The notes beneath the pieces are model-generated. The model was not told where the DNA came from. It did not search any database and saw only the letters and a list, made by a program, of their open reading frames with translations. A DNA stretch of 59,887 nucleotides, counting the filler, from Diploschistes diacapsis (taxonomy: Eukaryota): assembly GCA_023645945.1 (NCBI GenBank). It is 5 parts of 5 records of this genome, joined end to end, with 100 filler letters (N's around TTAATTAATTAA, not from the genome) between each part and the next. Parts side by side here need not be neighbours in the genome. Positions count along the whole stretch, not along the records: positions 12,005 to 23,906 come from JALAIB010000786.1; positions 24,007 to 35,907 come from JALAIB010000787.1; 3 more parts are not named here. One strand, written 5' to 3'. Shown in pieces: positions 23,131-36,007 of this stretch (position 1 is the first letter of the stretch; each line of letters starts with the position of its first letter). Both the position numbers and the translations under genes were made by a program.

Positions 23131-23768
23131 AATACGATTAGCGTCAAGAAGTCAGCGGTCAGCCGTTATCTATCCGATTTCACGGTTTTGCATCATGCCG
23201 ACGGACCTTGGAAAGCCTTGGACGGTGTCTATTCCGATTCTACGTATCAAATCCAGTAGTGAATAGTAGATTTCGTGCTCTTGTAGGAGGTATAGCTTGT
23301 TTGCTTGTACAAGGCTGAAAGACAGAATATACTTATTCGTGATTCCTTATACTTTATCTCCATGAGAGCGAGCTTGATTGAGCAACATAGCTTCCTTAGT
23401 AGAAGTTGGTTCGGGTTGAAGCGGTAGGGGGAACTGGCAGGCGGAACTGGGGAATCCGGTTTGGCTTGGCTAACGTCATCGCTCAACCGTACAGTAAGTA
23501 AGCTTCAACCTCATCTCCTTTTCCCAGCCACGCTATATTCCCCTCGCGCAGTTGCATCCGTTGTTGGTTGTCACATCATCCTCCAATATCCATAATCTAT
23601 TCTTCAAAAGCTTCTCCATTGCTACTTAATTCCCGACAGGAACATTGCCTTCCAATTGGGGTCTGTCCATTCCACTGTCGCAAACCTGCTGTAAAGCTCG
23701 AGAGTTCATCGCAAACGCGGTTCTTCTTTACCTACCAAGCAAATTCCTGCCACAAAGTAGCAGGCACA

Positions 23769-23906
23769 ATGGCGAACGACAACAACTACGAGGTCGTGGA
23801 GGAGTCGCAGATCAGCGACGACGCACCGCCCGTCGCAAAAGAACACGAGGAGAAGCCACTGCACGAGTGAGCAAGCCCACCCCCATTTCACATTGACCTC
23901 CCCCAA
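23769..23906 (+). CDS. First exon of an unidentified gene, truncated by spacer
   Basis: CACAATGG start context, acidic MANDNNYEVVEESQISDDAPPVAKEHEEKPLH, then a GTGAGC donor and a TTGAC branch-like site. Confidence 0.5.
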
Positions 23907-24006
23907 NNNNNNNNNNNNNNNNNNNNNNNNNNNNNNNNNNNNNNNNNNNNTTAATTAATTAANNNNNNNNNNNNNNNNNNNNNNNNNNNNNNNNNNNNNN
24001 NNNNNN
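23907..24006. other. Artificial contig-joining spacer
   Basis: N44-TTAATTAATTAA-N44. Confidence 0.98.
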
Positions 24007-25699
24007 GGGCTGGGGCTTGGGGGCGGCTCCTTGTTTTTCTCTCTCACCCCCTCACCAAACCAAACCCTTATCTCCGCAGGATGCGACTTCTGAGGCAGAA
24101 ACTACCTTTACCATACATACATACACCATTAGTCGTGCGGCTGCTGCGCAAGGATTATTCATGACTCCTACGGTACGATATAATGCGGCTTCGCGGCTTC
24201 ACGGCTTTACGTGCGTGCGCAAAGAGCGAGGATTGCTTCCACAACGTGGTGTCATTTTGTATTTCACCTTTTCCGTACACCTACCTACCTACACGCTTCG
24301 TTCTGTTTCTCGGGCTAACTGTTTCGGTAGAGGCTCCTATTCCATACCGAAGTATGTATTGCCTTGGCCCTCCTCCAGTGGCCCCCTTTGACACTAGAAG
24401 CGGTCGATGTCAAGCCAGCCGAATGGCTTTGGCTGGCAGGTGCGCTGTCCATTACCAACATTGGCTTTCTCTACCCTCTACAGTCAACTCTTCCCACCCA
24501 ACGAACAGTAACTATCCGCCCATTGATTTCTTGAACGTCTGGGGCAAAGTGTAATGGCTGTTGCTGCAAGGCCCTTGTCGGGGCCCACCAAGAAGGAAGA
24601 TCCGCCGGGAGTCCAGGGGATAAATTCTCTGATGTTGCAGGCAATGAATATCTGTTGGCCTCTCTAGTGGGAGAACCAGTGAACATGTCGGTCTCACCCC
24701 TTCCCGTCGCCCATCAGATGCCAACGGGGGCGAGTTTGGAAGTGTGAATCCAAAGTCCGGCTTCACCGTTCGGAAAACTCGTTGAAATGAAGCTCCGGGT
24801 TGCCGTGCGCATGTAATACGACGTATTACATTACTCAGTGCAGCGAAGATCGACTCTGTAAGCCCTTTTGCACGTGGTGGACGAGGGGGGACATGGCCCG
24901 ATCTGCAGCCTCTAACCGTTTCCAACTGCTAGCCACATAAGCGCTTGTGGATCTCCCACTCACCAAATTTAATTCTAGAATCCCCCAAAGTGTACCAAAA
25001 GCCAAAAGCGGGGGAGTTGCTGCGGAGCCTCATCTGGGCCGACCTCCAACATGGACCATGGGAAGTACAGAAGTTGGTCGGGAAAGAGGTGTAGCACCTC
25101 AATGGGTAATGGGCCTCTGAAATGGAGGTTAGACTGGGGTACGCACAGTATGATTGATTGATGCCTACCATGGTTAGTTTCTTTTATATCAGTAATTGTG
25201 ATCTGTAAAGAGCTATCTGAAACCGGGTACCAGCACTTTATCGACGGTCGCCAGCAACCACCGAAACTCGAAGCACTTCTGCTTTCGTATGCTCTGTGTA
25301 CTTGTAGTAGCTATAGCAGGTACTAGGAGCTTTCGGATACGAAGTCGCCGTGGGTCGCTCAGTCATCACCTTAATAACTGCATGCCTTGGCTGGGGTGCG
25401 TTCACAGGCCTCTATCCCAGATTGTTCTCCATTACAAAGTAGTTTCTTTCTTCTGCAGAAGTCTGTAATTTTGTACATACTACATACTTGTACCTACCTG
25501 GGTACTTACTTACGAGGTGCCCCGCCTATCTACCCAAGTCGTCGACACGGAAAATTCTTGATGCCGTTCAATTACAAAAAGGTTCCCCCGCCTCCCCCTC
25601 TAATAGCCCGATAGCGTCCCAAACTTTCTATCACTAACATCGTACGTTTCATAATCGTCCGGGGTTCCCAAGGTTCGCTCGCCCCGATTGTTCGGGTCA

Positions 25700-26572
25700 A
25701 AACGTGCAAAGACCCCAAAAAAAAAAAAAAAAAAAAACTTCTGCAGTCTTGGTGGCGTTTGCTCGCTAGTTACAAATCTTTCCCCCCCCTTCAGGGATGT
25801 TTTCCTGAGCTGCTCCGAGGCAGAAAACGCGCCAGGGGCCCCCTGGCCTAAATGCTTGATGGCTGGTAGTAGATAGACCTATTCACGAGAACTTTTTCCC
25901 CCCCCCCCCGGGAAAAAAATCCGTTTATTAGTAATACGTGGCGCGCGCGGGGCATGCATAGTCGAAATGGGGCGAAGACAGGCCCTGCTGGCAGACCTTT
26001 TTTTCTCGAAGGAAGGGACGTCGGTTCGATTCTTACTACTGCCACCACCACCACGGGGGCCTCCAAAAAAACTTCTTCACTCCAGGCAAGCTTGGGGCAA
26101 AAACCTGGGCCCTGATCCTTAACAAGATTAGTAATATCACCCCGTTTCCCCCCGGACGGGCTAGATACTTCGATACTCGGCATTCGACGGATAAGATTGT
26201 TCGGTCGAACGCGACGGACAGAACGCCCCACGCCCACGGGTCGCGAAAGAAAAATGTTGGGGGGGGGGTGGATGGAAAATAATAATGCCTGTGTGGGAAA
26301 AAGGTGGTGTGGCTTATGTGGGGAACGTTTTGAAATGTCCATTTGGAATTTTTGGGTGTGTGTGTTGTGTGGTGGTTGGGTTTTGTTCCAAAGCCCAGGG
26401 GGAGTTTATATGGCAAAATAATATTGGTTGTATAAAAGTCGCTGACAAAAATGCAAATCATAATGGGAGCGGGGGATAAGTGGCCTATCCCAACTTGCTC
26501 CTATTACAACTATTATAGGGTACGTGGGCAGAGGTACCCCGCAGCACTTCTCCGGGGTGGTTACACTTCGTT
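25700..26572 (-). mobile_element. Possible highly degenerate pogo/Fot1-like transposon fragment
   Basis: Homopolymer-rich island. Minus-strand fragments SRGGGEKVLVNRSIYYQ and GKDL*LASKRHQD weakly resemble the CENP-B-type HTH of Fot1/pogo transposases (EEKVLV.W...; GKNW..RF.KRHP). Confidence 0.3.
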
Positions 26573-27281
26573 AAATCATTGTCTCAATCGTCAAAATGCA
26601 TGGGAAACAATGGGCACACATTGCCTTTCATGAATTGCCAACTTCGAGATGCACGAAGATGCTTAATGTTTTCTGTCCATTCTCTCGAGCGCTGTAATAA
26701 CTTTGAACTTCCCCTCCCACTTCTCCAAACCTTTTACCCGCATTACAAAGGCATGCGTTTTGTTGTAATAGCCCGTGCACCCTTGAAGTAACTGGACCTG
26801 GATCTTCCTGGGAAAGCTTGAGGAAGAGGTTCGCAGAATCCCTATTTAGCGGCTTTCCACGAACGTGAAGCAATGACATGTGGCGCCCGGGGCAGCAGTA
26901 TGCCGTATCGGGTTGTCCAGGCTGTAGGTGATTCTTGGAGTCTTGGGGCAACGTGCTCCAAGTAGCCTTTTTGAAAGTGCATCCTAGAGGCAGCAGGAGG
27001 TTGTCCGTCATGATGTATATTTTGGTAACGAGTTGGTTTTAGTCGCCATTCTCTATCCAATCCTTGTCACATGCCGAGCAGAGTTGCATGCAGCTGCTCT
27101 CCGTGTGGATACCGTATACAGGACTAATTCTCAGCAGCAGGAAATTCTGTCGGTTCCTCCCACCAACTCGCTTTGTAGAGAAAACAAAGTGGGCCCGCGC
27201 TTTTGGCAGAGAAAGCGGGAAGCGCATTCATGCCATTTGTAGCCCCGTTTGTCCATCTACATTGAAAGAGGTAAATACTCG

Positions 27282-28990
27282 ATGGCGCCTACAAAAGTCA
27301 TCATAGACACTGATCCCGTAAGCCTCTCCTCTCCTCTCCTCTCCTCTCCTCTCCTCCCCTCCCAGTGGGCCCGCTGTGTCGCCGTGCTCCCCTATCCTCG
27401 AGAAAGCCCGGGCCAGGAAACTCACGCAGCTGACAGGGCATCGATGACATCAACGCGCTGCTCCTGGCTCTCTCGGCCAACCCCGACGACATCGAGGTGC
27501 TGCTGATATCCGTCACCTACGGCAATGTCGACGTCCAAAAGTCTCTGCCCTCCCTCCGGCGACCGGCTGCGCCCCGGCCCCGGCCCCGGCCCCGAGCTTT
27601 GCTGATCGATTGAAACAGCTGTCTCCGCAACGTCACCTCCATGTTCCATGTGATCGAGAAGGAGCGCGAGTGGCGGCGGGCCCACGGCCTGCCAGCGGGC
27701 TTCCGGGGCCTGGACCTGCGCAGGCCCGTCGTGGCGGCGGGGCCGGGCGGGCCGCTGGAAGAGCAGCAGAGGATGGCGGATTACTTTCGTACGCGCCGTT
27801 TCGCATCCTGACACGATCCGTTTTACTCACTGGGCGCCGACAGACGGCATCGATGGGCTGGGTGGTATATACGACACGGTATGAAAGGCAGTGCGATCAC
27901 ACAGGAGCGGCCCGTCAAGCTAACCTGCCGCCGAAAGCATGCCCGCCTCTTACCTACCGCCGACTGGGGCCATCTGTTTGACGTCCCGCCGCCGGTGTCG
28001 GGCGTCACCAAGGCGGCCGTCGAGGCAACCCAGGCCTACCCAACCCAACCGGCCCTCTTCGTTCCCTCCAAGACAGCCTCCCATCTGGAAATCATCGACG
28101 TCCTCTCCTCGCATCCGCCGCACACCATAACCATCGTCTCCCTTGGACCCCTCACCAACCTCGCTCTGGCTGCCTCGGCCAATCCCGCGGCTCTCGCTCG
28201 TGCCAAAGAGATTGTGATGATGGGAGGCGCTTTGTACACGGCCGGCAACGTAACGCCGCTCGCGGAATTCAACTTCTACGCCGACTCGATAGCCGCTGCA
28301 CGTGTCTTCGCCCTCACCTCGCCCATCCCTGCCTCCACGATGCCGCCTGCACCACCACTTGCTCCAGAGGGTGGATCGACCGGCCAGCCACGTCTGCGTC
28401 CGTATCCGCCCCTGTCCGAACTCGGCTCCGCTCGCCTAAACATCGTCCTCTTCCCACTCGATATTACGGAGAAGCACATGTTGAACCGCAGCTATTATCT
28501 TCAGCAGACCGAGGAGCTACGGAGCCGAGGCTCGCCACTTGCAGAGTGGCACGCGGCCTTCATGGCATCGGTCTTTCGCAAGATGGAGAAACTGCACATA
28601 GGGCATACGGGTGCGGCGACCAGCGTGACGCTGCATGATCCTCTGTGCATTTGGTGGGTGCTTGATGCGGCGAAGCGCCGAACACTCGAAGCGCAAGGAG
28701 GCGGGACGGAGAGCTCGGAGCATAACTGGCGCCTCAGCAACCCGCAAGACATCCGCATCGAAACAACGGGGCAGTGGAGCCGCGGTGCCTGTGTGATAGA
28801 TAGGCGAGATCGACAGCGGCAAGCAGAAGATATGGATGAGGCTAAAGACTTGGGAGAACGGGAGGGGGACTCGGGGGGTTGGCTGTCCAGCTCGAGGGGA
28901 AATAGAGTGAACGTGGTCGTTGATACGCCAGGAAAGGAAGTGTTCGTTGAAGTGCTCCTTGGAACCTTGTTTGATTCGAACAGACAGTAG
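27282..28990 (+). CDS. Inosine/uridine-preferring nucleoside hydrolase
   Basis: Spliced N-terminus KVIIDTDPGIDD, VTYGN, HGIDGLG, LGPLTNLA, MGG...GNVTPLAEFNFYAD, PLDIT and LHDP. Four introns; intron 1 carries a (CTCTC)n tract. Confidence 0.93.
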
Positions 28991-29456
28991 CCTCTGCAAC
29001 GTGAAATCTAATAGCTGGCGGCCACGGACTTGCTGCCTTGCCTATTGTTCGGACATAACATTGCAAGTCTAGGTCGCTGGAGGGGGAATAGTCATACATC
29101 TGAAGCCCTTGCTAAATCTCGCCGCATCCTATTATCTTCACCCAGAACCGGCTGTGAGCTTAAAGAATTCCGTCGTATAAAGCACAGGGGCCAATTGAGT
29201 AGAAGGAGAGGACTCGTCAAAGAGCTGTTCGAGGAACGCTTCCGGTAATTCTCGTGGCATCAAGAAGCTGGTTCTGGGTAAACGTACTCAACAGAACCAG
29301 GCTCTGTGCCATGTCCTTGCAACTTGTACCCTCAGCTACTGCCAAATCTTCATCTTCTTGTTGCTAACCTAGGGCCGTCGAGACTTTAAGGGGGGCAGCA
29401 CCAAGGGCCAGGAACTCGGTTATCTTCGATCGGGATATATTTCCATTCTCGTTGCT

Positions 29457-29823
29457 TCAAACGTGTTTCACTCCTCCGATCACGCTGCCTCGCACCTTGG
29501 CCCAGTCAATCTTGGAGTCCAATTCATCGTCCAGCAGTCCGCAGATGGCCACGTGCTCCCCGCGAATGAGGTACAGACCGTGGCTGACTTCGGTGCTCTG
29601 CTCCTCATCATCCGGCGGCCTGATGATGCGCTCGATCGTCTGCCCAAGAACCACGTTGGTGGTTTGATCGCAGGATAGCAGATTGCCCATCAACGTGCGC
29701 CCGTCGGTGGTAACGATGAGGACTTTCTCTGGGCTGGGAGTTAGCTGCATCCAATGGGGTAGGCGCCGCCCACGTGCATGGGTCCGAGGATAGCTTACTG
29801 TTGACGTACGTCTGCAGAGACAT
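29457..29823 (-). CDS. LSM8: U6 snRNA-associated Sm-like protein Lsm8
   Basis: MSLQTYVN|KKVLIVTTDGRTLMGNLLSCDQTTNVVL...GLYLIRGEHVAICGLLDDELDSKIDW; one GT-AG intron. Confidence 0.92.
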
Positions 29824-30216
29824 ACTGAGAAGCCTCGGGTCGAAGGAACACGTTGAAGTCAAGGGGACGCAACTTGGAGAAGCCGGTACTGAAGTAGATC
29901 AAGGTCTCTTGAAGCTTCAATTGCGCGGTCCAACTGCTAGCATTTTCAGCTTTAGGCTTGCGCTTTGATTTGAGTTCTCGTGTGAGGAGTAAGCATACAG
30001 GCAGAGCCCTACCAGTGCTTGCGTTTTGATAGTTTGGCCACAATACTAGAATTCGTACTCGGGCATGCATGTACCACGGTGCGCGCGGGGAAAGGTATTA
30101 TCCTACTAGTAGATACAACTAGTAACTAGCTACTGGTGGCCTTTTCAAAAACAGAACAATTCATACCTCCGTACCACCCCAGCTTTCAAGAGTTGAACGG
30201 ACTGGTGCGAAGAACG

Positions 30217-30585
30217 ATGCGACCTACAGTCCGGAACCTTCAGCAGGCTGCTAAGCTCGTGCTTTTCACGAGAGCCAACTGTTCTCTCTGCGAAGCGGCC
30301 AAGTCGGTTGTGGCTGATGTGCGAAAGAAACATCAAGTCTCCTACTCGGAGATCGATATAATGGCTTTGGGACATGAGAAATGGAAAGAGATCTATGAAT
30401 TTGATGTACCAGTGGTGATTCAAATGCTTTTTCATTGCCAGGTCCCCTTTGCTAAAATGTGCACGTAGTTACATGTCGAGAAAAGCACTCCCCAGCCAAC
30501 GACGGATGGAGTGGCGGCTGAAGCTGCAAAACTCATGCATCGGTTTTCTATGCAAGAAGTTGAATCCCAGCTTCAGCATATATAG
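30217..30585 (+). CDS. Glutaredoxin-like protein (DUF836 type)
   Basis: LVLFTRANCSLCEAAK (CxxC), WKEIYEFDVPV|LHVE and KLMHRF; one intron; short basic N-terminus, possibly a mitochondrial presequence. Confidence 0.85.
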
Positions 30586-30633
30586 CAGCCTTCCATGTCG
30601 CCAGAGCCCTGGCCTTCCTCGTCTTTGATAGTG

Positions 30634-31665
30634 CTACTTCCCGGACGATCCTGCCAACTTCGAAACGCCTGAAACGGCCCCCTTTGCCGCGTTTAGAGCC
30701 GAGTGCAGGTGAGAACCTCTCGCCTGCGCAAGTGTTGCTGTAAAGTGCTCTTGAATGGATGTCGCGTCTGTTATGACGGATACCTGGTTGAAGTTAGTAA
30801 TCGATCACGTCCGTTACTAGAACACACCATGTGAAAGCCTTGATCGGCATACGCTCGGGCTTGGTCTCCAGAAGTAGCATAGATGCCTGCTCGCTTGCCA
30901 TTTTCGTTCGCTGTGCGGAGTACTTTCTCTATTGCATTTCTGAGCTCCTGAGACATGCTACCATCCAGGATCGGGTGACCAATGTTGTTGCCCAAATCGA
31001 ACGGGCCGACTAGCAGTACATCCACGCCGCGGACTTTGGCGATCGCATCCACATTCTCCAGTGCCTCCTTTGTCTCGATCTGGAGAATGGTCACGATACT
31101 CTCGTTTGCCTCTTGGAGATACTGCGTGTTGGATTGAATGTTGAACCTGTGCATGGCAAATGGTGAGCCAAAGCCACGCGTACCTTGAGGAGGAAACTTT
31201 GCCGAAGAAACAAGCTTCACGGCATCAGCAGCGGTTTGCAGAAGAGGCACAATGATGCCATGAGCACCGGCGTCCAATGCCCCTTTGGATGTCTCAGTTA
31301 CCGCTGCAGAGCAAGAGACAGAACCGCATCGACTTACGCTTGACCATGAAACCTTCATTGGCTGCAATTCTGACAACCGGGCTTACGCCAGAGTCGGCAA
31401 TTGCGGCCACTGCTTCATGCATCGCGCCATCTGCACCAGTAGCCGTTCAGTCGAGTTGCCGCACTTCGCCCCTGCAAACCCCAACGCCGCTCGTTACTTA
31501 CTTACCATCAATGTTACCATGTTCGGTATCGACGCAGATCCAGTCGAATCCACATTTAGCAACGATCCTACTGAGGTTGGAACCTGGCAGCATCTGCCAT
31601 GCTCCAAATGAACGTCCAGTGCTCGACTTGAGCGCCTTTTGTAATCGATTTGCCGCCTGCATCAT
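30634..31665 (-). CDS. HpcH/HpaI aldolase family protein
   Basis: FGAWQMLPG, FDWICVDTEHGNID, VKRALDAGAHGIIVP, KFPPQGTRGFGS, LQIET and LLVGPFDL; three introns. Confidence 0.92.
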
Positions 31666-32997
31666 GTCGTCTGCGCTAGAGGCAGTTCGATTGATCGTAG
31701 GGTGGGCTTTACACTATGGTCCTGGAATGCAGACTCGTAGATATCTTCTGAGTTGGGGAATGCCGACGCTTTGAGTACCAGTAGATACCTATTCCCAAAC
31801 CCCAAATCCGCAATTACTAGTAATCTCGACCCCGCGTGAGGCGATTATGTGAGATCATCATTCGGACCACTGATTTGCCCAGCCGAAATATACATTGCTT
31901 AGTATTCGAGGCTGATAGCTCCCCATGAGCAGTAACAACTTCCTCAAATCATGTAGCTAACGTCTAACATTGTACTGAGTGATTCACCTTTCCCACGCCT
32001 TGCGGCACAGGCGAGGATCCGCTACGAGCGAGCCACAAGAATATTTGATAGTAGTCAGAGCAAGCTGCCCGTATGTTTGTATACAGCGGTTGTGTATCCA
32101 ATAGTACTTCTTTGACTTGGGACATAGAACCTGAACGCCCTAATACCTCCCGTTGTTCGCCGCACTACTCTCTCATTCAAGTCGTCATTATGGTCGAGTC
32201 AAGTCCCAGCGTTGTCTGACATCGACCTTGAGAAATGCCCGCCACTGCAAAAGAAGCTGGTAGATCGCTGTATCGAATTCCTTGGCGAGGTCCAAAATCT
32301 GTGAGAGCTGCTCTGATATCTGACTCGTTGGAAAAGCCCAAGTCTGTTGCGTTGTTGCGGCTGGTACTTCTTCTTCGTCCCACTGATGAACTGCTGTAAG
32401 CTTCGCCCGCATGAAGCACTTTGTCTCACTATGCGCAGAACGCCCCGGCGAGCAACTCGAAGGTTTCCCCGACAAGCACTATGGCCCAGGCGATCCATAC
32501 CATGCGGACTTCTGCGCCTGTGTACGTCGAGGATTTGAAAAGGCTGGGTAGCCTGCGACCCGTTCGACGGAGGCAAGTATCAACGATCCAGAGTGCTTAA
32601 TCCGCTCGAGAAGGCCCCCCGCTACTTCAGCATTACAACCGCGTGGATGGAGTCCGAAGAAGAATGCAAGGATGGGAAGGAGCTGGTTGGACCAGTCCAG
32701 GAGCACGTTCGACGTGGGCATATCATATTTGAGCGATACTTGGCGATATGGCAAGCTCTACTGGAGACCACCAACAGCATCATAATGCGCTGTCATCCCA
32801 GCACGCCTATGCGGAAGTAAATTTCAGGACACAAACTCTATTCGTTATCCCGATTGACCTTTTACTCAAACTCTTTGCTGAACCAATCGGTCCGAATTGT
32901 CCATCCTGAAGACAAAGATTGTTCCACGCGCCTAAGCGGAAGAGCCCAGCCTTACAGGCACGTGCGCACGTCTCTTATTCCACTTTCCCAACCTCTC

Positions 32998-33049
32998 CTT
33001 CTTCTTCTTCTTCTTCTTCTTCTTCTTCTTCTTCTTCTTCTTCTTCTTC
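32998..33049. repeat. (CTT)17 microsatellite
   Basis: Direct reading. It generates the spurious poly-L, poly-S and poly-K ORFs in the track. Confidence 0.95.
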
Positions 33050-33701
33050 GAAAGTGACCAGCTCAGGACTCGCTCGTACTTACCTTTCCTGGAACTGCAA
33101 ATCTCTTGAAGAATTTGGCTTATCATGATGATTCCACTCTAGGTGGGTGTCAGTGCGTTCTTTTTCTTGTTCGATCAATCCACCTCTAGGAATAAACCAG
33201 TCCCATCACAAAACAAGGGACCGTCCACGATATGGAATCCGGCATGTACCAATTTTGTACGGTGCCTGGAGCTCAATGACAGGACGTCGGGTTCGCCATC
33301 GGCTCTCTGAGCATATTAGTACCTTTTGCCATCCAATCCCAGCATTTCCTACCTACCTTCTACTCTGTTTTTTTCTCCATACGGCCCACACCTGCATGGA
33401 CCCATGGTCTTGTAGCTGTATGCCAAATGTGTTTGTGCTTTGAGCCTGACGCAGCAAAATCTCGCTCAATAAAACCATGATTAACCCGTCGTACTTTGCT
33501 ATCCCATAGATGATTTTTCCTGTTGTCTCATTAAGCTAGAGGTTTCTCGATCTCTTTATCACCTTTCTCTGTTTAGTTCTTGTCCTGCAGTAAGGTTGTA
33601 AGTGTCACATCTTAGGCGCAAGGACGTTTTCTCAGCATCCGCTTAGGAAGTACTTGACAGCTACTACCTCTGAAAATCCGACCTCCTAGCTACACCCGAA
33701 A

Positions 33702-35907
33702 ATGGAGGTACCAGATACAAATGTCACTCTCAACATCTACGACATTGCCCTACGTCTTGTCAAGGAAAAGACGATGGAGACTATCTCACGGTTCCAAGAC
33801 CCACCGAAATTTACTTTGCCAAAGGCTATCACAAGAAACGAACTGGCATCACTTTTCGCAGATGTATTTGCAGGAGATAACACCCTAATCTGTCTTTCCC
33901 ACGAGGAGTCGAGGCCATGGGACGGATGGGTTGCGGCTGCCATGGAGTTTAGCGAGAGTGCTCAAGCGCAAATCCAGGACGATCTGATAGATGAATTCAA
34001 CACGGATAAAAGCACCTCTCAAATCCACTCGCAGCCTGATTCAGCCCATGATCCACCGTCTTTTTCAGGCTACCGGCGACCAAGTCCAATGCTTAACAAC
34101 AGATGCGGTTATTGTGGTGTCGACACCCACGTGATCGGTTCACTGTGCGGTTTCTGTTTTACCGTTTTCGGAGAATCAAACTGGGACCCTACTGAAGACA
34201 GGGCTTGGCAAATCTCAGATTACAACAATTGCGGCTTGTACCCTAATACTCGTGAAGGTGAGTATTCGTCTCTAGACAATGTTCTAGGGAAGGGCCATTG
34301 TATGAACTACTCAAACAACAATTCGATGCTACCAGGCAACATGAAATACGAGCGCCCTGACACCCAGGAGGGCATCTCTTTGGTCAAACGAAACAGAATT
34401 GATCCTGATATGCCTCTTTATTCTCATCAGGATAGCCTGTGTAGTGGTCTACCCAACGCTGAGGTAGGAGGGCCCGGAGATGCCGCCTGGCCCGTGGCTG
34501 GTAACCTGCAAGTGAATGTACAGCAGCTCACCAAGGAGTCACAAAGCTCGGTCTCAAAGCCATTCACAAAAGACGAAAAACCTGCACCTCCACAGATCTA
34601 TAGCCCAACCAAATGCCTGACTGCCGCCTTAGTTGGAAAGATGATCCTTGAACACGAAGGCGAAGGGGATGAAGGTACCAAGGACCAAGGTATTGCCAGG
34701 GTTACGAACAGAGATATCGAGGAGAATGATGATCTTATGGAATGGTCCGAGCCTATTTCAACTGTGGGATCCGAAGACCTTGATGAAACCAAGTTTCAGC
34801 AGTCCTTCGAAGAGTGGTACGATGATGTTTCATCCGATGGTGTCCGTTCGATGTCTACCTTCCCCGACACCGATCAGGAAGTTGACTCGCCAGAGACATG
34901 CAAAGCAGATAAGCTTAAAAAGCAAGAAGGTGTAGCAAACGGTGTGCTCAAAGAGGAAGACAGACGCGAAAGTTCTGAATCAAGAAAGGAGCAGTTTCTG
35001 AACAGCCGTGTTGAGCAGGCAGCATTCGCCTGGCCACAACCAGCAGCGGGACCTCTTCGTTCCTCATACGACCCCCAAAACACTAACGATAATCCCTCGG
35101 CTCCTAACAGCTACAGCGAAGTCATTTCCCCCTTCATACCCGCCCGGTTAGGGGTGGCTAAACTTCCTATCAACCACTGCCCCCTTTTCTCGGCAGCATT
35201 TGGCGTAAATCGCCAAGCACCACCCACAGATGAACAATATCTGCCAAATGGATCTGGCCCATACCCAGCATCAAGAGCCACCCCGCAGAAACCGACCATC
35301 CCAACCGCAACCACTGTTCCGTATACCTTTGCCTCCTCTCCAAAACCGTCGACGCCTGCTCGTACCGACCCCGCATCAACGACACGGAACATATTCAGTC
35401 GAAATCGGCCGGGTACGCAGCAGCACGTGCGCCACAAAACCACCAACCTCTCCGCCGTCCCGGCGGACGAGGACCAGGGCTCCTGCGGGTACAGCCCCGA
35501 GGAATACCAAGCGAAGCTCCTCGCCCGCCGCCAAAAGGGGCTTAGCAGCGAGCAAGAACCATCGCGTGCTGGAAACATAAAGCCAAAGGCAGCCGGGACC
35601 CCTCGTCCCGCACAGCCCGCGCAACCTGCGTTTGACGTGGGCCCTGACGATCAAGGGTCCTGCGGCTACAGCCGGGGGGAACTCCTCGCTCGGCTCGTTG
35701 CGCGGCAGCAGAAGCTCGACGAGGAGCGAAAGGAAAGGGAGAGGTGGGCGGAGGAAGAGCGGAAGGAAAAGGCGACGGAGAGGTGGGTGGAGGAGGAGCA
35801 GAAGAAGTGGATGAGGGCGAGAGTGGGGGAGTGCGTGGGGACGAGGAAGACGAGGACGGCGGGCGAGCAGGGACGGAATGGGAAGGAGAAGAGAGGAGGG
35901 GGAAGGA
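33702..35907 (+). CDS. Large intronless hypothetical protein, C-terminus cut by spacer
   Basis: At least 735 open codons, with a CGYC-x10-CGFC motif, acidic and Pro/Ser-rich regions, a duplicated DQGSCGYS motif and a charged coiled-coil-like tail. No family recognised. Confidence 0.7.
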
Positions 35908-36007
35908 NNNNNNNNNNNNNNNNNNNNNNNNNNNNNNNNNNNNNNNNNNNNTTAATTAATTAANNNNNNNNNNNNNNNNNNNNNNNNNNNNNNNNNNNNN
36001 NNNNNNN
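35908..36007. other. Artificial contig-joining spacer
   Basis: N44-TTAATTAATTAA-N44. Confidence 0.98.

Noticed and set aside
13859..25693. Shared 15-mer TCGCCCCGATTGTTC (25679-25693 and inverted near 13859-13873)
   Set aside because: A few 15-bp matches are expected by chance in 60 kb, and this one does not extend.
25970..26047. tRNA-like GGTTCGATTC...GCCACCA
   Set aside because: The T-stem has a mismatch, and no acceptor, D or anticodon arms lie at the correct spacing.
30634..31665. HpcH aldolase as part of a secondary-metabolite cluster
   Set aside because: Its neighbours are housekeeping genes, and no PKS, NRPS or tailoring genes lie on this contig.
32854..33128. Poly-Leu, poly-Ser and poly-Lys ORFs
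   Set aside because: Translations of the (CTT)n microsatellite.
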